A stretch of DNA of 64,000 bases. Source: Nageia nagi (taxonomy: Eukaryota > Plantae > Pinophyta). The stretch covers positions 80,414,001 through 80,478,000 of the forward strand of contig JBITNC010000001.1 in assembly GCA_050084985.1 (NCBI GenBank), read 5' to 3'. How positions within the stretch are numbered: position 1 is the first letter of the stretch; every line of letters starts with the position of its first letter. The notes beneath the pieces are model-generated. The model made no database searches. It saw only the letters and a list, made by a program, of their open reading frames with translations, and was not told the DNA's origin. Positions 40,597 to 55,320 of the stretch are shown here, piece after piece. The position numbers and the translations under genes are program-made.

Positions 40597-42333
40597 AGGA
40601 TAAGGATACCAAGTATATGATACTTGATGATATTGGTGAGAAAAGAGAACCAAGGGCTCAAGGAGATCCCCAATAATAAGATCCCCAAACTCCACTTGTT
40701 GTTAGAAGATTTGCAAGATTAAGAAAAGTACTAGAATGCTTCTCTCCCTCACTTTATTATGTGTTATATATTGATGTTGGTGAGCTAAAATATAATAATT
40801 AGGCTACGAAAATGAATACCCAAAATAAGTGGGATCTTTTTATGAATGAAGAGATGGATTATTTGATTCATAACCAAACTTGGGATTTGGTTGAGCTACC
40901 CAAAGGTAAGAATACTTTGACTAAAAAATGGGTATATAAGTTAGAAGATGAGATGGGAAGATAAAAGAGATATAATGCAAGGCTTTTGGTTAAGGTTTTT
41001 TCTCAAAATAAAGGTATAAACTTTTAATAGGTCTTTTCACCAATTGTTAAAATGACCTATACTAGAGTTATTTTCAGTATTATGGCTATAGAAAATTTGC
41101 ATATTAAGTAACTAGATGTTAATACATATTTCCTTCATGGGGATTTGGAGGAGGATGTTTACATGAATCAACTGAAAGGTTTTGAGGTTAAGGGTTAGGA
41201 GGATTATGTGTGTAAATTAAAGAAGAGCTTGTATGGCCTTAAACAAAATCCAAGGTCATGGTACTTAATGTTTGATCACTTTATGGCTAACCAAAAGTTT
41301 ATGAGATGCAAATATGACCATTGTGTATTTCAAGAAGATTAATAATGGAAATTATGTTATCTTGCTATTGTATATGGATGACATGTTGGTTGCAAGTTCT
41401 TGTATTGAAGACATTGTTGACCTCAAGAAGAAGTTAGTAAACACTTTTTCCATGAAGTATTTGGAAGAGATCAAACAAATTATTGGCATGAGTATCACAA
41501 GAAACAACGAGAACTGCATGTTAAAGTTGTATCAAGAATATTACATTAAGAAGTTACTAAAATAGTTCAACATGGAGGATGAAAAAGCAGTTATTACATC
41601 TTTAGAAAAGCACTTCAAACTCACCAAATATTTATATCCTAAGAAATAAAAGGAAAAAGAGCATATGGATAAGGTTCCTTATTCTTCAACATTTAGGTGT
41701 TTGATGTATGCCATGTTATGCACAATACTAGACATAGCACAAGAAATAGTAGTTGTGAGTATATTTATGAACAATCCTAAAAAGGATCATTAGGAACCAA
41801 TTAAATGGATTCTCAATAATTTGAGAGGTACTGCCAATTACTCTTTAAATTTTGGATGTCCTTATATTTTCTTGTAAGGATATTTGGACTTATATATGGA
41901 AAGAGATCATGATGGTGGAAGGATCACTGCAGGGTACATCGTTACCGTAGGTGGAGAAGCAGTTAGTTGGATATACAAACTACAATAAGTAGTTTCCCTT
42001 TAAAGCAAGGAAGAAAAGTATGTGGATTCTACTAAATCTAGAAAGGAGTTAATTTGGTTTCACATATTGATGATGGATTTCGTAAAGCAGTATGAAGATG
42101 TTAGATTGTGGAGTGATAGCCAGAGTGTTAAACACCTCATTAAGAACTTGGCTTTTCATTCAAGAACTAAACATATACAACTCATGTATTACTTCATAAG
42201 GTTAGTAATGGAGGTTGGTTATTTGAAGTTGAGTAAAATACATATAATTAAAAATCCTATTAATATGCCTACAAAAAAATTAACAAGGGAGAAGTTAAGT
42301 TTTTTCTCAAATTCTATTAGCCTTAAAAAATAA
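40597..42333 (+). pseudogene. Copia B RT/RNaseH remnant
   Basis: NQTWDLVELPKGK, ARLLVKVF, LKKSLYGLKQ, LLLYMDDMLV, FHSRTKHIQ. Confidence 0.92.
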
Positions 42334-43139
42334 GTATTCATGGTGAGAAGTTTTTAGTTCTTGATTGTAGTGCAGTGCAACGCAGTGTAATTAAACTCCA
42401 AATTAGATATTATTGAAAATGAATCCTAATTCTTGGGCTAGGTATAAGTTTTTTCACTTTATTTTCTAATCAATATGTGTAGGGCTGATATGTAGGGCCA
42501 ATCGACCAGTAAGAGGCCAATCATCATAATCATTTAGTTGATCAACAATCATCTTATCAATCTTGTTGTAGGAAAAATATGCGATATAATATATTTCAAT
42601 TACATTCAACCTTGATATGAATGATTTGATATCAACATTAGTATAATGGTGGACAATTATATTTTCAGAGGTATAAAAACTCTATTTTGAACATGTAAAC
42701 CCACTATTGCTTTGTTCTATATTTAGAACTAAAATTATCTTTTGATGGTGGATCTATTGCATGGTTTTCTACTCCAATAATGCTTAGAAATAGGCTTATG
42801 GTGGTTTATTATCAATCCATAGATTCCATTGTAATTGATTGATGATTTGAAAGAGTTTGAAAGAGAAATTGAGTTTTGTATTGTTAGGATTCTTATGAAC
42901 CAAAGAGAAGGTTATGATAGTAGTTTGTTGGTTGAATCTCTTATTTATAATAAATGATTAAAAACTTCTCCATCGATTTAACTTATACTAGGTTAACCAT
43001 TTTAAAATTTATCTCTCCTTTTAATAATTATTTATGATTATTTTAATTGCTCATTACAATTATTTTGTAAAGTAGTAGAGATTGAATTGTTTAACTTTAT
43101 TTTTATATAGTACAAATCCTAACATATAGTGGGTGATAA

Positions 43140-44350
43140 GGTGTATACAATAATTTATGAAGTTCAAAGGGCTCACCATGTCCTCCATGATGTGAGCTCT
43201 ACCTTTTTAGCACTCATTCCTAAAATGGATGGAGCTAGATTTTAGGCCCATTAACCTCTACAACACTCTATACAAAATTCTAATCAAGATAATGGCTAAC
43301 AAGATTGAATTCATCCTTGCTTTCATTATTTATTATAATCAAGTAGGTTTTATTATATGAAGGAAAATTCTTTATATTTCTATCATAATATATGAGGTAA
43401 TACATTCAATTTATAAAACAAGAAAGGTTGGCCTTCTATTTAAACTTGACATGACTAAGAATTATGATATGGTTTTAGTTTTTAACTAATAAATGACCAA
43501 ACTTGGATTTCATCATGATTTAATTAACTTGAGCAATAAAAACATATTCTCTACTATGTTTTTATCCTAATGAATGGAATGCCTACAAGGTATTTTAAGA
43601 GACATAGGAATTTATATAAAGGGAACCTTCCATGGTATTTAACCACCACCTTGGTTTTATTGATGGTATTTAACCAATATGTATGACTCTCATCCTAGTA
43701 TCTCATTAATGATTAGTTTTTCATGACACCATTTTAGCCACTTATTTTTCAATTCCACAAGCCAAGAAGTTAAGATATTTTTTTAGTTTCTATGAAAAGG
43801 TTATGGAACAAAAAGAAAATTACTTTAAGATTAAAGTATTCTTCCTTAATATTTCTCAATGAGGTAATGTAGAATAGAAATACTTTTTTATTATCACTTA
43901 GGGTACCTACCTTCTACCTACTTGGTAATGTTTACCTTCAAAGGGATCATATTATGGGACTAATTAATTGATTGAAAAAGGAATAAATTATAAAGATGAA
44001 AGGGTTCCCTTCTTATTCAAGTTGGGAAATCTCAATTAGTCAATTCATTGCTTTAAAACATCAAAATCTATTTCATGTATCTATTCATAATAACTACCAA
44101 AACCTATGAAGATTTTAAACAAATCTAAAAAATCATTTTCATGTTCTAGCTTAGAAGAGAGAAGGAGGTTAGCCTTGATGGATTGTGACTAATCTTTCAC
44201 ATTGAAAGAAGTAGGAGGATTTGAAATCAAAAAGTTGGACATGGTAAATAAATCTCTCATGGCTAATATAGGGTATAAATTCTTAATTAAAAATAAATTT
44301 GGATTGATCCAAATCTTATTAGAAAAGTACCTTAGGAATGGAGGAGACAC
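43140..44350 (+). pseudogene. Decayed LINE RT remnant
   Basis: STFLALIPK..DFRPINLYNTLYKILIKIMANK (43195-43305) and FKLDMTKNYD (about 43440). Confidence 0.8.
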
Positions 44351-45959
44351 AATTGAGTAGCAAATGTTGGAATGTATAATGCATTATTGTAAGGTCTCTT
44401 AGTAAAATTCACTTAATACTTAAAGGTATCCCTAGATACCTTATGTATTTAGTGAATATGATAATGCAAATTTACTAATACTCAAAAGCAAGGTTTATTT
44501 TAAGAGCCCCTCTATGAAACTCCCTTAGAAAATTTATGGTGAATCTGAATTAGAATATTTTAAAAATATCAATGAGTTTTATAAATGTTTAGAGAATAAT
44601 AGCTATTTTTCTAAAAAAAATTAAAAAATTTGGCAATTTGGTTCAAAAATTTTAAAAAAATATAAAATTGTGGCAAATTGGACCTTTTTACAACTCCCAA
44701 TAATAGCCATTTCACATGTTTAGGATACTTAAAATTCACTTATTAGAGAATATTCATAGCTAAAATAAACCCTTATTAAAATTATCCCTAGATACCTTTT
44801 AGGTATGTATGTGGCTATCCTCTCACCAAATTCAACCATATACTTTAGGGATTTATGCAATACATCTTGAGGGTTTATACCTCAAATCATCCAAAATAAT
44901 CAAGTTGAACGAATCAAGGCCAAAATCATCCATATTCAAGCACCCATTACAAATATGAGCCTACTCCAACAATTTTCAACCATTTTCATATGATTGAATT
45001 TGGTAGGAGGATACCCTTATCCTCTAAGAATTTATGAATAAAATAATGTGACTTGTCCTACACTCCATATCATGAGCATGCCCCTTTAGTAAAAGGATGA
45101 TGCATGTTATGACATTATACAATTGTTAAAATGATAATCCAAGGGAAGATTTTGTCCTATAAATAGAGGGTCCTCTCGTTAATATTACTCACTCAAGTAA
45201 TAGCAAAGTTATGCTCTAGGATTGTTAGTAGAAGTGAGAAATAGTTATTGTAAGAGAGTGCTCTTTAAGAATAATAAGATCTTAGATTAGTGGATGTACT
45301 TCCATGCTTAGAGGAACCACTTTATACTAGTATCAACTTTATGATATTGGCTATTATGTTTATGTTATTGTGATGATATTTTAGATAGCTTTCATGAGAT
45401 CTTGGTAGAAGAGGAATTTAGTCATTTAGGCTTATTTATCTCAATTGGTATCAGAGCCATCATTGAAGGCTTCTCTTCAACATATCAGAGGTCATTACTA
45501 CTTCTTCTCCCTACTTCATTAGTGAGGTAATATCTATTTTAAGGTATAACATATGTCTTTTATTTTTTGGGATTATTTTCAATAGTGCTAACATATTTTT
45601 ATTATATGTTAGTTCAATTATTTTTGAAAAAATTGCTTACATGTTATTGCTATGCAATTTTTTTTACTAACATTATTTTGTTAGTTGCAAATTTTTTTTG
45701 AGAAACTTTTCTTTAAATATAGCAATAATGTATTGTAATATTTTTTTCATAAAACTTGTTATAGTTTAAAATTACAATTTTTTTGAAATATTAAAAATTT
45801 GCAATTTTTTACACTAATATTTTGTATAGAAATGTTAAAAAGAGTTGCAATTTTGTTTACATTAACAACTTTACAAATATATCATTATTTCAATAAAATT
45901 TTTGCAATACTTTTTTTACAAAATTGTTACAAAATAATAATAATAATAAGGAGAAGCAT

Positions 45960-46063
<104 letters not shown>

Positions 46064-47109
46064 CTCATTATTTGTTAATATATATATTTTTAAAAGTTTA
46101 TATTTAAAAATGGATATTTTCTAATTAAAAAAAAAGGGAAGGTGCATTTTTTTAAAATAAAAACTACTGTAAAAAAATGGTATGAGCTCCATTAAAGAGT
46201 AGCTGAAACATTTTTTAAATAATAAAAATAGATTTTTTTTCAAATAAAAATATTTTTTAATAAAAATAAAAAATAAAAAAGAGAAGAAGGGAGGTCATCC
46301 CCAAGGCCTTCCCAATGGTAACCCCCCACTCATCCCACCCTAATCATTGCCATCAACCACCCATTATCCAACTTGTACCCCCACCAATGATGTATCTTAT
46401 GATGCACCATAAAATACCTTACCCCACCCCCTTGCTATAGTGCCATGACCACCCTACCCATAGCACCCTAACGACCCTCCCTTTGATGCTTCTTAAATCT
46501 ACACATCCCTCCCACCTCTACTCCAACCTAATCCCACTCCCCTATAGTCAACCTTACCCCCCCACACCCCCTCATGTCCCTTCCCACCCCTCTCACATCA
46601 CTCGTTTTCCTCCCCCCTTTCACCCTTATGTCACTTCACAACATGAACCCACTTCCTCCCCCTCTTCCCTTGTATAACACTCCCCACCCTGCTCATCACA
46701 CATGTACCCAACCCTTACGTTGTATTCCCCCCCCATCGCCACCCATGCTCCACATTATCCAAATACCTTATGTGACCCCTACCATCCCTCCAAATTCATG
46801 TTGACTCCATGTGTAAAATACCATGAAGAACATGGATCAATTTTTCATAATAGTTTATTTTTTATTATGTAATTATTTTTGAGTTTAATTCTAATACAAT
46901 TTTCAAATATAAGTTTTGAGAAATTTTTTTATCTTTGGTTAAACATATTTTTTCCCTTTAAAGAGGGATAATACTAATGAGAAAATGGAGGAACTTGCTT
47001 TCTAGGAAGTGCATTAATTGCACTTACGATTGCAGGTGGGAAAGAGACTTGTCCAATTTAAATATTGGTATTAATTTTATTTTTGAAGTTTGATACAAAC
47101 TTGTATTAT

Positions 47110-47280
47110 TTTAAAAAGTAGATATTTTTTTAAGTGGGGAGCTATATAATTTTTTAAAAGGTGGATATTACTTTAAAAGTGAGGAGCTATATATTTTTTA
47201 AAAAGGTGGATATTACTTTAAAAGTGGGGAGCTATATATTTTTTAAAAAAGGTGGATATTATTTTAAAAATGGGGAGTTA
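47110..47280. repeat. About 45-bp tandem repeat (3-4 copies) in the leader of C
   Basis: Unit ggtggatattactttaaaagtggggagctatatattttttaaaaa is repeated. Confidence 0.85.
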
Positions 47281-50200
47281 TTTTTTGGAAATTTGTTGAG
47301 GATAATAGTTAAATTTTATGAGGAGTTTTTCAAAAATATTTTTTTTGGGATTTATTTTTAAAAAATTTGGAGTTAATTTTTTTGAAAAAAAATGGGGATT
47401 CTAAAATTCTAAGTATTTTTAATAAGGGGAGTTTAATTTAACTTTTTATTTTTAACTTTATGGATAATGGGGTAAATTCCTTGTATATATGTTTTCAAAA
47501 AGGGAGTTAATTCTTTTGAAAGGGGTGACTCTTTTACGTAAGGGGTGTCTTTTAAGAGGCAAATTTAAGCATGATGTTATTTTTTAAGTAAGATGTATTT
47601 TCCCAAAAATTAAGGGGTAAACCTTGAAACAAAGTATTAATTTTTTAGCAAATATTTTTGATGAACTCATGTAATTTCATTTTGAATGATGGTCTCTTAG
47701 GTTTAAATCTTATATGATGTATCATTTTAAGCACTATACTTTATGCATCTTTGCTTTATTTTTTGTAAATATCATAAATATTGAAAGTGCACCCCTTAAA
47801 ATGAATATATTCACATATTTTATTTCATAACATGACTTATTTGGAGAGCCACAAGGGGAGTAAGGTATACTAGAGCCTTTAGTTCATTGATCCAAATGGT
47901 GTGAATTTTATACTTCTTAATTACCCCTAAGTCCTATTTTAGTCTAAACATAACTCCATTTAGGAGGATAGGCATATGTGTTGTGATACCACATATATGC
48001 ACATCCATTTAGGGATAATCCTAATAACCTAGGAGGACAGCATGAAACTTAATCAAGATAATAATTTAGTTGATCTAACATATGTCACACCCTTGAAAAA
48101 TAGCTAGTACTCCTGCTTGTGGAAATATATTGCTAGCCAAGGGGAACTAGTTGAGGATTGGTAGGACTTGGACTCTGTTAACTATTTTAGCACATATGAA
48201 TTATAATACTAGCACTTCCTCTTGCAATGATCTTTCATTTTGATGTACTACTTTACTTAGTGGTTATGCAATTTAGACACTATGACCAACATAATAATCA
48301 TATAATGGAATAATGATAATATTATTGATTAAAGTTAAGATGTAAATATAATAAAAGTTATAATTCAATGGTAAATGACTCTCACCATGATGATAGAAAT
48401 GGACTTGGCTATCTCATGAGGGGTGCCACCACTTTCTCAACTCAATAACCAATCCAACACAACCACTATCACAACTTCAAAAAGAGAGCCTTCTTATAAC
48501 AAAACTCTAACCTTCTCTTCACTTGGATAATCATGAACACATTATAAAACTTGACATACTTATAATACTAATACTCAAGACTCATCACACATATATAAAC
48601 TTCTTCACAACTCACTCACAACTTCAACTCAACTTAACTTGACTTGCACTTGATCCCACTAGACTTGCTCTAAATTTTGTACTCAACTTGCACTAGACTT
48701 ATGCTCAACTTGCACTATACTTGTTCTTAAATTTCCTTACATGCCCATAGCACTCCTTTATTTATAGGCTAGAGAAGATATCTATATTTCTTTGCAACTT
48801 GAATTTTATAATACATTATATCTCCATATCTAGAAATATCAAAACCACTTTTAGAAATATCCATGAGATACTACATGGATCTCTTTCCACATAATCCTTT
48901 TTTGGAAACCCCTTTTAAATATCAACAACTACTTTCACATCATCACATATCCTTGTACAACATAATTCTATAGATAATTCTAGAACATATATCTTATAGA
49001 TATTACCCATGGATATTTCTTCCACTTACTATTACTTACTTTCACCATTAACCTTTCACTATTTACCATTTACCTTTTATCTTTTACCATTTACCATTTA
49101 TTGTTTTACTTTTTATTTAACTTCACCAACTTAAATTCCTGATAGTACACTTGTATTACTAATCATTGTTACATCCCTATCTCTTTATTTTTCCTACATT
49201 GTTATTCAATTGTGGTTATAATTATAGCTTATTGATGGGTATTGTTATTCCATTATGATTGTAACTATAGCTTGTTGGTGAACATCATTATCTTGCACAA
49301 CAAGTTGGTTGCTAGGTACTATTATTGATTATGACATATACCAATTACATAAATATATTATATATTTACTAAAATAGTTGAAAGATGGCATCTTCTCCTC
49401 CTAATTTCTACTACATTCTTAGAGTAGAAAAGTATTCAATTAGGAGCTTGAAAAATATTCAACTTGTCATGGTTGACCCACTTAGAAATTAGATTATCAT
49501 CCAAATATTCAAGTTTGTGCATTCCATTATCATGAACTATTACTATCATGTATGGTTCAGTCCACTTTAGTAACAACTTATTGTATTTTCTCTTATGATG
49601 TTTGGAATCATTTACCATGATTAGATCATTAAACTTGAATGGATACCATTTCAAATTTTTATCAAAATAATCCTTTTGCTTAGTTTTCTTCTTTTCAATA
49701 GTCTCATTAGCTACATGGTACATATCTTCTAATTGTTGAAGTTGCATTAATGTGTCATCAATAGATCCTCCTTCATCCTTTCTTTTCCTTGATATAGTTA
49801 TTAAAGTTGGAACATCAATTTATATAGGCAAAATAGGATCAATTCCATATGATAAATGGAAGGGAGAATGCCTATTATAATTATAATGTTATTTAGTGCA
49901 TTGTGTAATTAATATGCTTAGCATATTAATAATCACCTAAATTTGGTTATTAGGTGATAATGAGGTTCATGTATGGTGGGTGGAATAGTATTCTCCACCC
50001 AACTTAAAATGATATTGCTAGGTGGAATAGTGTCTTCAATAACAATTAAATGTAATTCTATATTGTAACTTAGGGTTAACTAACCTATTTTGGTTAGATT
50101 AGTTAACTACCTAAGGTTAGTTTTGAGTCTTATAAAAGGAGCTCATTTTGTGAATATTTGTAAGAAGATAAAGATGAAAAGTTGTTAATATAGATATTAG

Positions 50201-52139
50201 TTAGTAAGATCTTAAGTATGCAAGCTATGCTTCATGCTAAGGAGAGTCATGGTTGAGATCCATATGAGTGTACATTGTTTGAGAGTATAGTGAAAAGGAG
50301 ACCTAAAATGGAGTACTCCATATGATGGAGGAACCACTATACATCTTGTGTTACTATGTGAGAATGCTTCTTGAGTTCTTAGTTTAGAATGATTGATTGC
50401 TATATTTGATGAAGATCTTACAAGTGTTCTTGAGTTATGGAATCCTTCAATTCCATAAAATGGTATCAGAGCCAGGTTATGGGATCTCCTCCAAACTTCA
50501 ACTTGGAAATTTGAGGTAACTCACCTCAAATTAAGATATATATATACTCTTATCTTATTTCAAGTTTTATTTGAAACTTAAATGGTTAGTCCATTTCAAT
50601 TTCTTATTTTGAAGTTGAATCTTGATGTTTATACTCACATTTTTTATTTGAGAATAATGGGCTCAAATTTAAGGTAAAATTATTACCTTAGTGACATGTT
50701 AGTAGTATTTCTTAGTTGCTAAATCTAACACATGTTATAAAGTTAGATTGCAAATCTTATGATTTTGAGACTAACATGTTTCAATTCATGTTATGGATAT
50801 GTTTTTTTCCTATTTTACAATTTTTTTTTAAATAATGCAAAAATTTGTTTTGAAATATTTGGTATAAAATAAATCACAAATACAAGTTGTAAAGTTTGTA
50901 ATTTGATTTGTTTTCTACAATATATTTTCCAAATCATTTATTTGGGACATTAAATACGATAAGAATGCTCAAATATTGCAATTTTGTATGGTACTCAAGT
51001 TGTTCATTTTTTATTGGTGTTAAATGCGCTATTTTTTAATAAAAAATCTACTATTCTTATATTAAAAATTATATTTTTTTTAATACACCTTTATATTAAC
51101 AATTTATTTTACAAATCAAAACTATAAAAAAAAATTAAAAACAAAAAAGGGGGGTCCCCTATCTAACTATGGTCAAACTGATTTTGCTCTGCTCTTATCA
51201 TCTTGATAGCCTTTACATCTCTGCCCACGTCTCCTCTACACATGGTGGCATTTGATTTTTTTTTCCTTACCATCCCTTTCCTTTGCCATCTATTTTTGTT
51301 TCTAGCCACATCCTTTTTTGACCATAGTATTCATTTTTCAAAGGCCTAGAGCACTAATTTTCAATATTGCTTGCTAGTCATTTTTTATTTAATGCATCTA
51401 GAAACTCTACATCTTTACAAAGTGTATACTCAAGGTTTCAATTTTTTTGTCTATCATAAATTACCTTGGGGAGCGTAACATGTATTTTTTACTCACATTG
51501 TTTTTAAGGGATCTTATTTTTAAGTAAAAAGGGGGAAAAGCTTACAAGTATTTTACTTAATTTTTAGATCTTCATAACAATTTGCATGTCTACTTTTTAA
51601 GTGTTTATTTTTTGATAAAATCTTTATGTCAAAGTATGGAATGCCTATTACTTTGAATTTCTTAGATCACTTAATTTTGTTTAAAGACATGCTTAAACCA
51701 TCATTTTTTAAGCTAGTAATGCATACTTAGAACTTAATTTTTAAGTTGAAGTAATGCATGATTATTACTTAAGTTATGATGCCTTTTTTATGCAAGTTAT
51801 GTGAATAATGCATTTGTTTTAATGCTTAAAGCTTAATTATTTGTTTAATGCATGCTTAAGGACTTAAATTTTTAAGTTTTTTCTTAGAACTTTAAATTTT
51901 TTAATTTAAATGCATGTTTAGTACATAAGTTGGAATAATGCAAGCTTAGTACCTAAGTTGAAATAATGTATGTTTATACAATTTACTTATGCAAGAATAG
52001 ACTTATGCAAATTAACAATTTTAAGTATTTTGTGCACTAATCCTTGGTCAACTAATCTTTTCTTGCAAAATTTAGCACTAACTATGAATTTATATATTAC
52101 ACTTATAAAAATAAGCACTATCTATATTGCATTATTGTT

Positions 52140-54540
52140 TAAGATGTCCTTAAATTGAAATTATTGTATTTGAGGCTTTTTTTTTTTGCTTATCTTGAGA
52201 ATTTTGCAATTTATCCAATAAATAATTTGGTAAAAGATAGAAGCCAAAATAATATTTATTAATTATACAAAGTTCCACTCACATGCCTAAGTGGATAGCC
52301 AAACTAAGTAGAATCTTCGATATGATCAAGAGAGTTGAAATTAGAACTCTCAGGATCTATGATAGGAAAACTATGTATATTAAATAAAGCAACATGAGTG
52401 ATAAGGGAGAAATGACACCTGATGTTAAAAAATGGATAGTACACCCATTGATCCCATTCTCAAGTTAGTCATGAAACATAAGTGGACTCCAAATGAAGAT
52501 CTCATCACCATACTATAAATGCAATGGTATAGGGGTGGTAGTACTCATGAGAATGTAGCATTGCAAGACTTGCATAGTGCAGAAAATAGAAGATAAAAGG
52601 TGTCCAAGAATAGTAAAGGATGATCTTCCATGTCCAGTTCAAATGATAGACAAGTGTGATTATGAGGTGCAATTTCTCGGCATCATCCAAATGATGGATA
52701 AATCAGATGGCCCATCAAAAGAGAATTCGTTGACCCTATATGCAAACTAGGTTTTGTTGCAAAGTAGTTTACAGTACAATGCAAGCATGTTGTATGACTC
52801 AACCTTGAATAAATTGATAAAGAACTTCTTGGGGAATATCAACATAAAGAACTTAAAAAATAGTCATATTCATGATGAATGATAAGTGATTTAGATCTCT
52901 CTTAGCATTTCTTACATAAGTGAACGTGATGATGATCAAATAGAATAAAATGAACTTATAGCATTACAAACTAACTAGATCATTGATCATAAATGGGAAT
53001 ATAAAAATGGATCAACCATGCAAGCATAATAACCAATATGACCATGTACTTTACTTTATTAAAATGTTAGAAAAGATTCCCACTGACAAGCCCAAGTGGG
53101 TTGTGCTTATGACTTGATTAATGATAGTCTAGTGAATGGTCACCAGAATCCAAAGAATTAGCATCATCTTTAGATATGCTAGAATTAGATGTGTCCAATA
53201 CTAAAAGATATTGATATGAAAGAGGTATAAAGTGATAATAAAAATAAAATTGATGACATAAAATACGATGACCACCTCACCAAGAAATGTGAAAAGAGTA
53301 TGTGGATAACCATTGTAGCCTATGCTAATGAACTACCCATGCAATAGTGAGTTGTTTGAAATACTCTTGTGGATGTAGGGAAGGTGGTTTGATGTAGCAT
53401 ATGAATTTCAAAAGATAGCAATTGAATGAGGTATAAACCATTATACATCATGTCCAATTAGGTTTATTGAGTAAATGAAATAATCGATGAACATGATCCT
53501 CATGATTGAGATAAAAAATTATGCAAATACTATAATAATCATCTGGGTACAATTGAAGAAATACTAGTCACTATTGCAATAAAACCTTAGATATGATCAA
53601 AGCATAATTTTCTAAAGCTGCATGAATGCTACAATGCACTATGTTATCCTAAAGATCACTCAGTAGGGCATGAAACTGAGAAACATCTATGAAAGATAAT
53701 TAAAAATAAAAGATTTTAGCTTAAATCATAAATGCAAAGCATCGAATGACAAGCAAGGATCATTTATAGCTATTTATAATGCATATGATTTGATATAATC
53801 AAACTATAATAATTATGACAACTAAAAAAAAGGATTCATTGGCCAATGAATTTATGGTAATAAAATATCTCACCTACCACTCATTTAATTAATTGATGTC
53901 ATATGCATGATGTCAGGATAGTAATAATGATAGTACCACTAAGCTATGTAATGATTAAGTAATCACTATGCTATTTTTCTCTCTCATATTGACTATTAAA
54001 TTGGATAGTTTACTCATGAGTGATAGGTTGATCATCATGACTCCCATAGAGAATTTTATCACACACATGAGAAGTTCTTCCTTGAGTCCAAACAAGGAAA
54101 CAAACATATGGGCAAACTTAGAGAATGCCTATCTTCACCATGAACTAGTTGCAACAAAGATTGAGATGGAGATAATGGCCCATTGTTACAATTTTCTACA
54201 AAAAAAAAAAACTATATGCATATAGTATTACCATGAACTCTTGGCTAAGCATAGTAAACTACTAGCTGAGAAAAATATGTGGCAATTATAAGCAAAAGAT
54301 AATGAGATACAAATTAGGTGTGATGCCAGCAATAGATGCTATGGAATGTAATGATTAAAATAAAAGTGGAAGAAAAGGGCCTTCTAGTATAAGGATATCC
54401 TTTGACACTTTAGTATTCACATTCTAAAGAAAATAGCATCTAAACCTTCTATGGGCCCTACAAAATCTAGACTACAATCTCAATCACAGCAATTAGCTAC
54501 TTTGGTATGGAATGGACTTTTCCACATAAAACCCACACAT
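52140..54540 (+). pseudogene. Decayed non-TE coding sequence replacing gag-pol in D; possibly an RNA-virus L protein fragment
   Basis: Long protein-like frames when TGA/TAA/TAG are read as CGA/CAA/CAG, e.g. from 52432 MDSTPIDPILKLVMKHKWTPNEDLITIL*MQWYRGGSTHENVALQDL...DRQV*L*GAISRHHPND. No retroelement motifs. Confidence 0.45.
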
Positions 54541-54954
54541 ATTTTATTCATAAAGCCCCTTTCTAAAGTAGGGTTGGTGAAATATTCCTCCAAGGGGAGT
54601 ATTGGCTGAATTCTTATTGAATTCTTTATTCAATCTTGTAATATGTATGTAGACTTTTTAAAACCCAAGCTTTTTTTTTTGCATTCTTGTTAACTAGTTG
54701 ACTATAAGTATTGGCTTAACATCTTTGTGATGACTTATAGTGCAACCCAAATCTAAACCGCTTATTTTCAAAGACAAGTTCTTAATGAAACAACTGTATC
54801 TCTATTCATGTACATTTTTTTTACTTCCATGTTGGGAATATGGATCCATTTTGATGGATTATGTTACATTGCTAAATCCAAGCATCTTTCATTGATGGAT
54901 TTTGTTACATGTAGCTTTCATTAACTTTGTGTTGTATAGTGTTGATTTTGTTGA

Positions 54955-55320
54955 ATACCTTTATGGTAAGTTCACTTTGTGTGAGGAACTTATTGTACAA
55001 CTTGGCCAATCTTGCACTGTTCAATTATTCATATGTGAGGAACTCTTATGTGTCATTTGGCATTGTTCAGTTATCCATATGTGAAGAACTTGTATGTGCA
55101 TGCTTTATTTTGATTTATCACTATTCAGTTATCCATGTGTGAAGAACTTTTATGTGTCTTTTGGCACTATTCAATTATCCATATGTGAGGAACTCATATG
55201 CGCGTACTCTATTTTTTGGTCAATCTAGCATTGTTCAATTATCCATATGTGAGGAACTCTTATGTGTCCTTTGGCACTATTCAATTATCTATATATGAGG
55301 AACTTGTATGTGCATGCTCT
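54955..55320 (+). repeat. Tandem array in the 3' region of D (six copies of a 31-bp core, as three dimers)
   Basis: Core gcactattcaattatccatatgtgaggaact. It is preceded by one copy of the A-type 49-bp unit. Confidence 0.9.

Larger units (their letters stand above)
9371..43124 (+). mobile_element. Old Ty1/Copia (Tnt1/Tork-like) element B, split by nested insertions
   Basis: 5' LTR 9371-11167 is alignable to 3' LTR 42411-43124. PBS tggtatcaaag at 11170. Degenerate TSD TACAA/TATAG. gag 11240-11985, protease/integrase 35271-36519, RT/RNaseH 40597-42333. Confidence 0.85.

Noticed and set aside
46280-46804. Proline-rich (extensin-like) ORFs
   Set aside because: C-rich low-complexity tract at the position of the GC-rich leader island also seen in A and D; no signal peptide or consistent frame.
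52177-52187. T11 run as an antisense poly(A) tail of a retrocopy
   Set aside because: The protein-like frame is on the plus strand and appears to run through it.
54955-55320. CRISPR-like repeat/spacer appearance
   Set aside because: The spacers are short and recur in alternation (dimeric tandem repeat); eukaryotic TE context and no cas genes.
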